DNA from: Camelus dromedarius
Lineage: Eukaryota
Assembly: GCF_036321535.1 (NCBI RefSeq)
Contig: NC_087438.1
Location: 1,366,001-1,430,000, forward strand
Length of the DNA: 64,000 nt
Direction: 5' to 3'
Each line of letters opens with the position of its first letter. Positions within the stretch are counted from its first letter, which is position 1. Both the position numbers and the translations under genes were made by a program. The notes beneath the pieces are model-generated. The model had not been told where the DNA came from and ran no database searches. It saw nothing but the letters and a program-made list of their open reading frames with translations. This document shows positions 46,723 to 58,489 of the stretch, piece after piece.

Positions 46723-49324
46723 TGGGAGGTGCGGAGGGAGGAGGAGCAGCCCTCGGCCCTGCAGTCCCAGCTCCACTAGCAGCAGAGGACGGCTTACGGG
46801 AGTAGAAACCCACCGGCAATCCTGGTGTCCCCGTCAGGTCTTGACGGAGGAGCCCAGGGCCTGGACTCCTGCCTGGCTTTCGACCCACGAATGAAATCGT
46901 GTGAAGGCAGAGTCCCGAAAGCCTGGTATCTGCCTGCACCACTCGAGTATTTAATCTGTTTTAAAATTTCCTCTCCATTAAGTTAGTAATTGCAGCTCAA
47001 TAGGCCCTGCTCACCGCTTGCGCGCTGCCATGAATCTCACTGCTAAAGGCCACTCCCGCCCTCCCTTGCAGGCTGCTGGCCAGCTTGGACGCGGCCCCGC
47101 AGAGGTTACTCCCTCTGGGCCTGACCCCCCATCTCGTAGGTAGAGGTGCTTCCAAGGCCAAGAGGCACGTGGCCCCCCAGGGCGGCAGGGCCATGGAGCC
47201 AGACCCTGGGCTGGCCTCACCGCCTGCTCCGGAGGCCTCTGCTGGGCCACAGCCCCGAGAACAGCGGCACAGGCCCTGAGGACAGCGGCCCGAGCTGCCC
47301 GCACACGCCTCCCTCAGGCATGGGGAGTTGCTCCTGCACTGCGGGGGCGGTGGTGGTGGCGGTGGTGGTGGCTGGTCATTGCTGCTGCTCCCTGGCAGAG
47401 CTCCTGAGGGGGGAACAGGTCTCCCAGGGCCAGAGTGCTCCAAGGGGGTCTGAGAAGGGAGCCCCTGGCCGGGCTCTGGAAAGCCTGGATCAGCCAGGTG
47501 CCCGCACCAGGGAGGCCGGGAGGCAGTCGCCTCAGGGAGGGGGAGCCTGGCGTCTTCCCAAGGCCACCTGTCACCAAATGCACCTTGACGGCCCCAGCTC
47601 TGGTCCCACAGTGGCCCTGTCACCCTCACCAGCTGGGATTAAAATGACACCCTCACGCTTCACCGTCGTCCATTGGCCACCTTCTCCCGTGACCCTGCAG
47701 TGACACACGCTTCGCAAATGCACACTGAAAACTGCCCCTGGACTTTACCCCCTTCAGGCCCTTGGGTGGCACCCTGGCTCATACTCTGGGGTGTCTACTC
47801 CAGCTTTGAACGCACAGGCTCGTTTAAATCCATCTTCAGGTTCCCACGCCCCCGATGGGACGCCCTGGGCAGTCGGGGCAGGCGTCCCTGCTGGGGCCGG
47901 CCTTCAGCATCGCTCCACGTCCTTCCCTCGGCCCCTGGACTCCGCTCGCTCAAATGTGCTGCCTCAGACTCCGCTTCCTGCCCGGAGGGCAGACTTCCTG
48001 AGCCTTGGGTTTCCTTGGGGGGCACGGGGCCGGTCCTGCCCCCCGCCCGGACGGGCCCCGTGCCCCTTCACTGCCCGCTCTGCACACCCAGCTTCACCCC
48101 CCTTCCGTCCTCCGCTTTCATTCCCGACATGGCTTCTGTTCACACGCCAGTGGGGGGAGATTGGGGTGTCTCCACCTGCACGCCAGTGGGGGGAGACCCC
48201 CCTCAGTCCTCACACCGCTTCCTGGGGCGTTCGCTTTCCCTCAGGGAGTGGCTCCCCTGGAGCAAGGTGGGGTCGCGGCTTATGGACAGGAGCACGTGTG
48301 TGTGCACCTGTGTGTGTGTCACACGCCACGGCAGGCCCGTGACAGCACTGGCTGAGACGCGTGCGCTCTGCACCTGCTGCGTCTAAGCTGCCCTGTGGGA
48401 GCACGCGGGAGCTTTACCAGAAACACTAACATTTCTAAGTCGGCAGCTTCAGCAGAGCCGTGAACCTGTTGCCAGAACCCCTCCTTTAAGGCTTCCCTGC
48501 ACCCAGGGCCTGGGGACCTCAGACCCGAGGTCTCTGATGAGTGTCTGTGGTCAGGCTGTGATCTGACACCACCGTGGCTTTAAGATTGCCCCAAACGTTC
48601 GCCCAGTTACTGCGGCCAGGCTCCCGTGCACCAGGTCCCCGTTTGGCTCTGAGAGACGTGCCCTGACGGCGGTGGCCACACGAGTTGGCAAACTCATCTG
48701 GTCAGAGAGACACACACGACCTTGCCGGTAGCGCCGGTCCACGACCACGGGGTTTCCCCTCGAGACACAGCTGGGTTTGGACTGAAACTGTCAGAGTCTG
48801 TGCAAGGCTTGGTCCCCCAACGTTTGTGATCAGCTCTTCACGGGAGCACGCGCTGTGAGCTCAGGTCTACCGATAAAAAGTCCACTCACCTAGGCCTGAC
48901 CCGGCGTCAGGGGGCGTGCGGGTAGTCAGAGACACGTGCTCACAGTCTGGCTGAGGTACGATCTGTTGTTCAGATTGAACCCCTTTCACTGGGACGAGCG
49001 TCTGCACCAACAGGCGTGGAGACCGCACCTCGGAGGGCCTGGGAGACGCCTCCAGTCGCTGCGCCCTAACTGCGAAGTCGTCCGTTGGAGAGACGGCTAA
49101 TTATAAAATCTGCCAGATTTGTTTGTTTAAACAGCGGTTGGGTTCTTGTCTTGAACAGTCTTAGGACTTCAGCTGGGTCGTATGAACCTGGGTGACTGTG
49201 CTGTCCGCAGCAGTGGGCCCGTTGTCGCACGGCGACGCTGTAGTGACTGGTGGCGCGGGGTTAAAGCTCAGCGTTTACAGAGTCCCCGCCCCTGACAGAG
49301 GCTGCTAGTGGGCCTGCCTTTCTG

Positions 49325-49435
49325 CTTCACCAAGTTCCTTCAGACCAGGGGTTGCATCGTCCTCTCCTGTGCGTCCCCAGAGCACCGAGCGCAGCTTCTG
49401 GCACGCAGGGGAGAGAAAGGTGTATTGAATGGTGG
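49325..49435 (+). mobile_element. L2 3' end
   Basis: 'aagttccttcagaccaggg...tgcgtccccagagcaccgagcgcagcttctggcac...ttgaatg'. Confidence 0.6.
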
Positions 49436-50806
49436 GCAAAATTAGACACGTATTAAGACTCGATGAGAGTTACTGAATTATTGACTTTAAAAAGGCGTAC
49501 TTCATGCATACGCGATGAACGCAAGCACGAGTTCTAAATGAACGCAAAACAGAGCAGTGATGGACACTCTATTTGACTGTTGGCGTTAATAAGGAATTAG
49601 ATTATTAAGCACGGTAGGAAAACATTTTGAACGTCAACTATCTAAAAAGAGCAACACACACATAGGAGTCCGTGAATGTACGCGCTTGTGTTAAGTGGGC
49701 GCTAACCCTGAGTGTTGGCTCAAATTCAACTTGCAGGAGGCTGACTTTTAGGCCGTTTCTGTACTTTCTGCATCTCATTTGTGAAAGCAGCCAGAGGATG
49801 GAGGCCGATTCGATGGGATGACAACGGGCTTTGGCGTCTGGAGCCCCCACGACACGCCCATGCACAGGGCATCCATTGCGTAGCATTTCTTAGACAAGCT
49901 CTGACGTGAGGCAGGGGAGCCATGCAACCTGTGTTTCTGGCTCCTGCATCAGAGCCTGCAAACTGCTCTGGGAAACTTCAGAAACGGCTTGAGGTTTTGC
50001 CCAGAGCCGCGCCCCGAGATGAGCGGTCCCCTTAGGGTTCAGATCAGCCCACTGGCGTCCTTCGTCGCAGCCTGGTGCTCTCGGGTGCGCTTGTGTGTGT
50101 TGGCTGCGTCTTGAGCTGACGGGGCCCCAACAGCATGTTAGAGTGGCGGCGGGATTTCTGTGCACAGAGGATGCGGAGGGTTGGAAGCCACGCCAGGCAC
50201 ACTGGCTCCCACCGCCGGGGACTCAGTTTCAGATACAACATGACGGTCAACCTCGGGGAAGTCATGGGAGACGCGGCTCTGCCCCTCGTGGAGTCTCAGG
50301 GACAGGAAGACGTAGCTCACCTTGGATGTTCTGCTCTCGATGCTACTCCTGTCACTGCAGATGGGTGGCGGGGCGCTGGCGCAGGAAGTAAACCTGAGGA
50401 CCTGGGCTCGTGTGGGTGTCAGCTGCGGCCAGCGGCACACAGGGCCATCTTCTTGCACCGGCAGTCCTGGTGACACGCGGGTCCTTGTGATTCGATCCCG
50501 GGCAGCTTTGCTGGCAGCTGGTGGCCTGGAAGCCACTCGGGGCCCCAGGCTGAGCCACACGGCCCCAGCTGCCTGGCGCTCAGCTTACTGGGCCCCACCG
50601 CAAAACTCCATGACTAGTGTAACACGTCATAGTTAGTCACTTAAGAATGTAAACAGCCTGGCGACAGAGTGGAGCAGGCGTCCAGCCATCTGCTCCGGGA
50701 GTCGGCCTCTGTTCCCACGGTGGGCGCTGACTCTGCGCCTGGCAGATGAGAAGCAGACCCACGCGTCAGCTGACTGTCCCCGGGCAGTGCATCAGGGATG
50801 CAGACA

Positions 50807-50840
50807 GCCTGCCCCGCCTGCCCCGCCTGCCCTGCCTGCC
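50807..50840. repeat. 9-bp tandem repeat (GCCTGCCCC), about 4 copies
   Basis: gcctgcccc gcctgcccc gcctgccct gcctgcc. Confidence 0.8.
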
Positions 50841-51434
50841 AAGGGGGCCCAGGGCTCAGGTGCAGCGGGCGCGGCCTGGGACCCGCTCCGGGCCCCGCCC
50901 CCCTCTGCTCCATCTAGCTCCCGCCTCCGCTGCGGGCCTGAGATGCAGGCCGTGTGGCCTCACGGGCAGTGGCACTAGGTGTGCAGGTGCACGTGTCTGT
51001 GCGTGTGTGCACCCGTGCCCCTCGCCCGCTGCGTCCCACACAAAGCCCGCGCTTGGCCTGGCGGCCTCTCCCAGGCCGGGCACGGAGGTGCAGGCGTCCT
51101 GACCCCACTGCCCGCGCTGCAGCTGGAGGCAGGCTTCCTCTCAGCGTCTCTGGCCCAGGAGCATGCTCTGAGCGCCCTACTTTCTATTCGCACGTTGTGC
51201 AGAATTACCCCCAGAATCCAGACCAGGAGGCCCGAATCCCAACCACGCAAAGTCACCAACGGAGTCATAAGAAAATCCCCAAAGAGTCAAATCCATCTGA
51301 GTAACTAGTTAATGTGACTGCGTCAGTAAATTGAGAAATTGGGCCATGGATCTGCGGAGAGCCGGCCTCTGTGTGCGGTGACTCAGGATCCAGCTCCTGG
51401 CAGTTTCAATACACTGTTCTGATGCTAGAGTGCG

Positions 51435-52372
51435 ACGCCCTGGTGAGTTATAGGAGTTCGGGGATTCATATTCAGAAATGACACGAGGCCATCAGATCTC
51501 TCGTGTTAAACCCTGAGCTTTGCAGTGAGTTCAAGGATGAAGTCCCAGCATCTGAACATTCTTTCCTGGTCCAGGGTCCAGACCTCCCCCCACAATCCAG
51601 CTCCCAGGGGACCGTGGGCCACCCCAGCCGGGTCCTCGCCCTGTCACTCTCATGGAACATGGTCCTTGCCATCCTTCTGGGGCTCAGACCAAACTGGGAG
51701 TCCTTCGTCTGTTCCATCTTGCCCTCCTGAATCCTGTCACCTTACCTGGAAAACACAGTGGGGCCAGAACCTTCTCCCCCTGGCCCCACCTGGCCCATCC
51801 TAGGCCATCTTCTCTCTGCTGCAGCCTCCTGACTGCCCCCTGCCCCACTCTGTAGACATTGTCAACCCGGCAGGAACACTCATGCTCTTAAAGCATAAGG
51901 TGAACAAGTAATGCTTGCTTGACCTCTGTTGACCGTACTGTCCATCTGTGTGGAACATCCCTGTGGCCACAGCCCACCAGGAGTGGCAGCCTGAATCTTT
52001 GCAGTCACTGCCAATCCTGCCGGAGCTGCCCTGTCACCTTCCCGTGCCCTCCCTCCACGGCTGGTCCATTCTTAGACCCACAGCAGCCTCTCCCTGCTCC
52101 TGGGATGTGGCGGAGGCCCTGCTGCCACAGGGCCTTTGCACATGCCGTTCCCTCCCTAGGAGAGGTCTGTCCCAAGTGGTCTCCATGGCTGTTTCTTTAC
52201 CGCCTGCAGAGCCATCCTCAGAAGTTACCTGATGTCATAGAACGTCCCTCAGCGTCTCTCCTCCATCCGTCTTACTCTCCTCCTCTGCTCCGTCTCTGAG
52301 ATGCAGCTGTTCCTTCTGTCTGTCTCTCCCACTGGAGGTGAGCTGTGCAAGGAGGGTTGAATAAGTGAGACC
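51435..52372 (+). mobile_element. L2 fragment (L2a-like)
   Basis: 'aactgggagtcctt', 'gcagcctcctgactg', 'ctgccacagggcctttgcacatgccgttccct', 'tgtctgtctctcccactgga..gagct', ending 'ttgaataagtga'. Confidence 0.75.
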
Positions 52373-53479
52373 CCCACTCAAATTCTAGAGCTGGCCCCTG
52401 GCTGAAAGCTGAGGCCCCCCCCACCCCACGGTGACTCAGAGCCAGTGTGAGGCCGTGGGGACTGTGCCTCACAAGGGCCGTTTCCTTGCGAGGAGAGGGT
52501 TCAGGACCCTGCACTTCCCTCTCAAGTCCTCAGAGGTCGAGCTGATCCCCTGACCTTCTCTCTGGAAGGCTCAGCTGCACACCGGTGAAGGCGCCGACAG
52601 GGAGCCGCGTGCGCCTCCTCGAGTCTGTGCGTCCTGGAAGTCTTCCTGTGATGGCGCTTTATTCAATAAGGCTCCAGTGGGCGGGGGTTTAATTAGATTT
52701 TGTGTAAGTTAATTGCATTGGGTCGTTCTGAACAGTCACTTCTGGGACATCCACGTGGTTCTCCACTTGTGGATTTTCTCTACCTATTAATTATTTATAA
52801 TTATTCCAGCATTTGCATCGTGCATTGTATGCGTTTATTTACTTTTTTAATTTTACAAATGCTGTTGGCTTTAATCTTCCCACGCACCTTGTTGAGTTTA
52901 GAGCAGACTGAATATTGAAATGCTTAGCGAGGACGCAGGCGTCCACCCTGGGCAGCGATCAGCTCTGGCCATGCGGCTGCCCCCAGGGCGTCCTCCTCGC
53001 TGACCGCCTCGGAGCAGGGGCCTCTGCGACGGGTCTCTGCCGCCCCCCGCCCCCGGCTGGGCCAGACCCCCTCCGTGGAAGAGGACGCGTGGGGGTGAGT
53101 GTTTCAGAGTTACGTGTCTGGGGGCCCCCCATCCCCGGCTGACGGTCCAGGAGGAGAGCTCTGCCCTAAGAACGCAGTGCCGTCCTCCCTGCACCTCCTC
53201 TGGGTTCCAGAGAGGCCTGATCTTTGGTACAAAACCTCCTGTTTCCCTCTGGACATGTGAAGACCTTTCCAGCTCAGGTCATCCCAAGTTCCCGGATGAT
53301 GCGGCAGACAGCGGCCGCGTCAGCACCCCCGTCAGTGCCCGGAGTCACGTCTCGGTGGGACCGGGAGGCCCCGCGGTGTGCGGCCGTGTCTGTCTGCGCA
53401 CTGGCCTCCCGCGCCTCCTCCTCTTTATTCTCTCTTGCTCTCTCGCCAGACTTTGAGGACGGTTTTGGTGAGAAGATGG

Positions 53480-53660
53480 ACCACTGCGTGACTTGCCCAT
53501 TTTCCTGTTTGTTTTTATCTGCTTGCTGTCTTTCTGCACTACGTTCTCAGAAACTGTCCCGACTCCATCCTGCAAACCTCCTTCAGTTCTACTCAAGGGC
53601 TACAATTTCGACGTCTAGGAACTCTTTTCTCGTCTCTAAATGTTTTTATGAGAGCAGTCC
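53480..53660 (-). mobile_element. Old L1ME/HAL1-like ORF1 fragment
   Basis: 'tgtctttctgcactacgttctcagaaa...tccatcctgcaaacc...ggaactcttttctcgtctctaaatgttt'. Confidence 0.45.
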
Positions 53661-55270
53661 TCTGCCACGCTGCCTCGGTCACCCCGCCACAGCCTTCCAC
53701 CTGCCGCGGCGTGGGTGGCATCCTCACCCGCTGGGACCTGCTTTTACATGCACTTTCCTCCTCATGTTAGGCCGTCACCATCTTTTGCTGACCTCTCGGA
53801 CTTTCAGGATGTAACTGAGATAAAATATGTGTTCACTCTGCTCTGATTATCCAGAATCTCCTAGTACTTTTTCAATTAAAAAAAGATTGAAAAGAAAGAA
53901 AGAAAAGGGATTTCCATCTGTATCGGTGTGGGGAGTTATCCATAACGTTGTGTCAAATAAAGAAAGCAGCTTTCAGTTTATAAATTAGGGGTGCTACATG
54001 GTCTCAGTGAAGGAAGCTGAATTCCTCATGAGTTTTGAAAATAAATCTAAGGGCCAGGATGCCGGGCAGATGAGAACAGTGAGGTGGTGGAGGAGGCCCG
54101 GGGGGAGTGTGTCGGGCTCTCGGTGAAACCGCGCGTATCCCGCTGACACCGCACGTCGGTCAAGGGTGGCGCCGGTGGCAGGTGGACATCACGGCAGAGA
54201 TGTGACGGGTCTGACACAGAGCACGGGGCAACTGTTCCTGTGAGCGTAACTGACCCCCCACTAAGAGGGTCTGCAGGGCACAGCAGAAGCCCCCCTGGCC
54301 TGCAGCCTCATGACCCCTGCGACCTTCCGTGAGGAGCTGGGCGCTGCCCTGCTCTGCGCTGGACGGGTCATCCCCGGGGAGTAAGTGGATACAATGGTCT
54401 GTCCCACAGCCCCGCGCCCTTGGTGGCTCCATATCGGAGAATGAGATGGAGGGTTTTCCGGGGCCTGTGAGTGGTGATGCCCACGTAAGAGGCCAGGGTC
54501 CCAGGGGGCCCTGATCCGTCCCACGAGACCCAAAGGTGACGTGCTGTGGCGTTTTTCCCTTGTGAAAGTTTCGCGCCTGTTTTGTGTCTTCTAGCACCAA
54601 GCTCTCAGCTTGGCTATAAAGTTCAGTAACAGCACAACCGTCGGGCTGGCCGTCCGCGCCCCTCTTCTGCAGGGTCCTCGGGGCAGCTCTGCCCAGACAG
54701 GACCGATCGGAGACCATCCTTCACCGCTCAGGTGGGTCGGTGCCGTCTGTCCACCGTGTGGTCAGCTGCCCCTGCACGGTGACTTCTTATTAGACTTAGG
54801 GAATGCCCCGAGACACCACGTGCCCCATATCGAGCCTGCCCTTCGAAACAGACAAGTCCATGGTGAGGACGGCAGGATGGAACGTGCCCGGAGGAGACCC
54901 TGTCCCCTGGGTGGGTCTGTCTGTTCCCAAGGCTGCTGAAGCAGCGGGACGGACAGTTCCACATCATGCGAAGCCCCTGCTTGCTCTTGGGACGTGTCTC
55001 ATTTACGAGCTCCAGACAAGTGTCTGAGCCTGGATGACCCGCTCGGAGCTCAGGCAGCAGGGACATTCTGATTGAACACGGACACACCTGAGCCATTGAC
55101 ACAGGGCTCCCAAGGGCGGTTCTGCCAAGGTCTTGGTCCTCTGGTGCCTGTGGTTTAAGGGAAGCTGCAGCTAATGATCTGTTTTAGAAATTATCCTGGG
55201 AGAAGAGTTCTAGAAGCCAGGTACCCACGGTGAGCATCGAGGAGCTGGAAACCTCTTCCCGGGAGAGTGT

Positions 55271-55280
55271 GTGACGTCAC
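55271..55280. promoter_or_regulatory. Perfect palindromic CRE (GTGACGTCAC)
   Basis: Exact consensus; function unproven. Confidence 0.35.
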
Positions 55281-55454
55281 CAGCTCATAAAACACTGGAC
55301 TGGAGGCAAAGCCACTTCTGTTCAGAGTACCGCCCCCGCCCCCACCAACATACCCCTGCATTCGTCCATCAGATTGCCTCCTTCAGACTGTTAACACCCC
55401 ACATGTGATAAGCCTGCATTTCAGTGCATGCACACGGCCGTCTTACTTAATCAA

Positions 55455-55600
55455 GGAACTCTTTGACCAACGTGAGGAAGTTACCCCGTCCCTCGGCGCC
55501 TGAGTTTCTTTACCTGTGAAATAAAGAAGGACACTTGCATCCGCTTCATGGGATTTGTATGAGACTTAAATGTGCTAACACGTCAGAGGACGCAGTGTTT
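55455..55600 (+). mobile_element. MIR SINE core
   Basis: 'aagttac...gcctgagtttctttacctgtgaaat...ttcatgggatttgtatgagacttaaatgtgctaa'. Confidence 0.75.
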
Positions 55601-56754
55601 TCACTCTGTGCACAGGTTCGGAGTTGAACGCACACGTGTAAACTGTCACTGTTATTACGCCAAAGTGTCTCAAGTAAACGTAATTCACAAGCTCATTATT
55701 CATCTCCCGTTTCCAAGTCACGGTGTCGTGAACTCCAGGGCACCACAGATCAACAAACAGGATGCTGGGGAACCACGATCGGGAATTTTGAAATTGCATG
55801 AAGTTTTTGGTCTGCAAAATGGAGTTATTTCTACTGGCCAGGCTTCGCACACAGGGTCAGGATGGGGACTGAGCCTACAGGCACTTTAAAAAAGAAGCAT
55901 TATGCAAAGAGAGGGTCAGTGGGGCCTCCGGGTGGCACATTCGTGGCTCACAGAGTTGTCTGCAGTCTGGAGGAACCATGCGGATGACAAGACAGGAAGC
56001 CACGCACCGCGGAAGAGCCGGACCACGTGGACGCGAACGCGGCCCTGCTCCGTGTATGGAGAAAAAAGGACAGATGTGGGAGCAGAGGATTAGCTGTTCG
56101 AATAATTATGTTAAGTAAGACACAAATGGGCCCCGGCTCCATCTCCAGTTCTCAGAGGGGGTCCTGCTTACACATAATTGTGCCTCAGAGCTACTCGCGG
56201 GAAGGCTCGGCGCGATCAGCTTGCTGAAGGATCTGAAAGGCAACCCTTCTCCCTCCAACTGCTTCTCTAAATAGAGCATCCTCAGGGGTAACCATCTTCC
56301 AGAGGCAAAATATTAGAGGAGAAGAAGAAACAGGCAGAGAGTAAACACCGTGTCCCCCAACGGTCCCCACGCTGACTTCCTTCAGTGTGATTGCAAAATC
56401 AATCTCTCTCCCCTCTCTCTCTGTGTATGTACAGTGTCTATAAGTCGGCTACGGTGCGTGCCTGCCAAGACATCAAGATGTCCTCTGCAGCCAGGCCAGG
56501 TAGAGAGGTGCCGGGGACCCACACCCGCAGAGGGGTTCAGGTTGGCCTCCGCGTCCACACAGCCCTCAGCTCAGCTCCCTTCACAGCCGCTCCTCTGAGA
56601 GCTCTCCACCCGGGCCTGGACTGGCTGGCATCTCCTGACACTCGGGTCAGTTCACAGAGCATCTCCGGGGACAGTCTCACCACACAGCCCAGTTCCCGCT
56701 GTCTCTGCCCTACTGCGTGCTGGCCAGATCCCGCTGAGATCAGAGACCCGTGGG

Positions 56755-56872
56755 TTGGCTCGTGAGCTCCGTGGGAACACAGCCCTGGCCTGACAGCTGC
56801 CTCTCCCCTTGCCTAGGACGGTCCCACCCAGAGAAGAGCCTCCAGTGGGAGTTTCGAATGAGTGAGTGAACA
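56755..56872 (+). mobile_element. L2 3' terminus
   Basis: 'gtgagctccgtgggaaca...tgcctaggacggt...cgaatgagtgagtgaa'. Confidence 0.65.
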
Positions 56873-57259
56873 GACACGTAGATTCAAGCCCTCTCCTGTT
56901 AAACTGGATGTGACGTGGGGCGCTGGCTGAGTTTCCTCCGTCCTGAGTCAGGACTGAGGCCGTGACGGTCAGCAGTAAACTCTGTGTCCATCCCTCCGTC
57001 TAAGGTGTTCCCCCACAGGGCTCCTGTTAACAGCATTGCTTTCAGGTGTACAGGCAGCTGTTCTGATTTAAAACAAACTGCGCAGCTCTCTCTGAAACTA
57101 ACAATCATTTCTCAGTATTGGAAAACCTCCAGGTAGGATTTATTTAATATAATTGAGAAAGTCTTTCTAAAATTCAGGCTGATTTCATGGTAGCATTTGC
57201 ATCAGTGAATATCACGGCCCTGTGCCTATTCCATGGACATCACTGTACGACTCACTGCA

Positions 57260-58120
57260 AATGAAAGAGGCAAGATCTTGTGTCCCAAGTCAAAATGGCA
57301 GGAAGATACTTCAGACACATAAAGTCACGTGAAAGGAGACAGGTTCCTATACACCTAATAGATTTGCTCAAAATTGCAAAAAAAAAAAAAAAAGGGTTAG
57401 AATGTGGAGCAGCTAAAACTCTCACACGCTGCTGTGGGGACACGGAACGACGCGGCCGCCCTGGAGCACAAGCTGGGAGTCTTCACACAGTTGGCTGGAT
57501 GCTCACCATCTGACACAGCAACCCCAGGCACCACAGACCCACTCGACACAGAGACACACGTCCTTATGCAAATATTCATAGACGTGTACCAGCTTTCTCC
57601 AGCTGCTGCGGTGAAGGACCACAGAATGCATGGCTTAACAACACAGAGCTATTTTCTTGCAGTTCCGGATCCCAGAAATCCAACGCACGTCTCAATGCAG
57701 GACTGCGTTCCCTCCTGAAGGCGCTGGGGGAGAACTCGTCTTCTCGCCTTTCCTCCTTCTTGAAGCCGCCCGTGCTCCTTGGCTCTCGGCCCCCTGCTGC
57801 TGCTCCGCACAGCTGAGTCTTTCTTCCTTAGTCACGCCTCCTCCTCTGGCTCTTTTCTTCTTCCCCTCCTTCCACTCACAGGGATCCGGGAGATTGCGTG
57901 GGGCCCCCGGGCTGAGCCGGGTCGCCTTCCCGTCTCAGGATCTGCTGACTGGTGCCCTTCAGTGCAGCCCTGACCCCCTTTGCCACGCAGCCTTAATGCT
58001 CACAGGGTCCCGGCTGCAGGCACGGGCGTGTTTGGGGGTGGGGGAGACGCCCTGCTGCCCAAAGAGGACGTACTGATATTCACAAAAGCTGGAAGTGACC
58101 CACACCCCCACTACCTGGTA
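57260..58120 (+). mobile_element. Old L1 ORF2 C-terminal relic split by MLT1
   Basis: 'aatgtggagcagctaaaactctcacacgctgctg', 'accatctgacacagcaacccca', 'atattcatag'; resumes with 'attcacaaaagctggaagtgaccc'. Confidence 0.65.
57585..58064 (-). mobile_element. MLT1D/E-like MaLR solo LTR
   Basis: 'tgtaccagcttt..gctgctg..accaca..tggcttaacaacaca', 'gcaggactgcgttccct', 'ttccttggctc', 'cccctttgccac', 'tcacagggtcc'. Confidence 0.8.
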
Positions 58121-58139
58121 TAGATGCCATTCTCTCGAA

Positions 58140-58430
58140 CCTTTATCTTTTGCCTTTTGAGCATCAGTCCATGATCCACCTGAAATAGATTTCTGTATAT
58201 GGTGTAGGAATCGATGTTATTGGTCAATTAATCAGTTTATATTTAACCAGACGAACGTCTAATTTACACAGAATTATTTAGAAAAAGCCACTGTTCAGCC
58301 ACTGTGCTCCCGGGGCACATGTTATAACAAGGTCTGTTTCTTCTTGTAGTTCCGTCACTTTTTGCCTTAAACAGCTCGGTGTTATGTTTCTAAATCCGTG
58401 CTAATCCAGGGTTTCTGCAGCTTTCTTTTG
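58140..58430 (-). mobile_element. Old L1 ORF2 fragment (antisense)
   Basis: 'tccatgatccacctgaaatagatttctgtatatggtgtagg'. Confidence 0.55.
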
Positions 58431-58489
58431 CCCTCTTTGCGACCCGGGCTGCTTTTCTCTCTGGCAGCTCTTCTTTCTCACAGTCTCTC

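Noticed and set aside
51741..51757. TTTTCCAG|GTAAG recursive-splice-like motif on the minus strand
   Set aside because: Short pyrimidine tract and located inside an L2 relic, so probably chance
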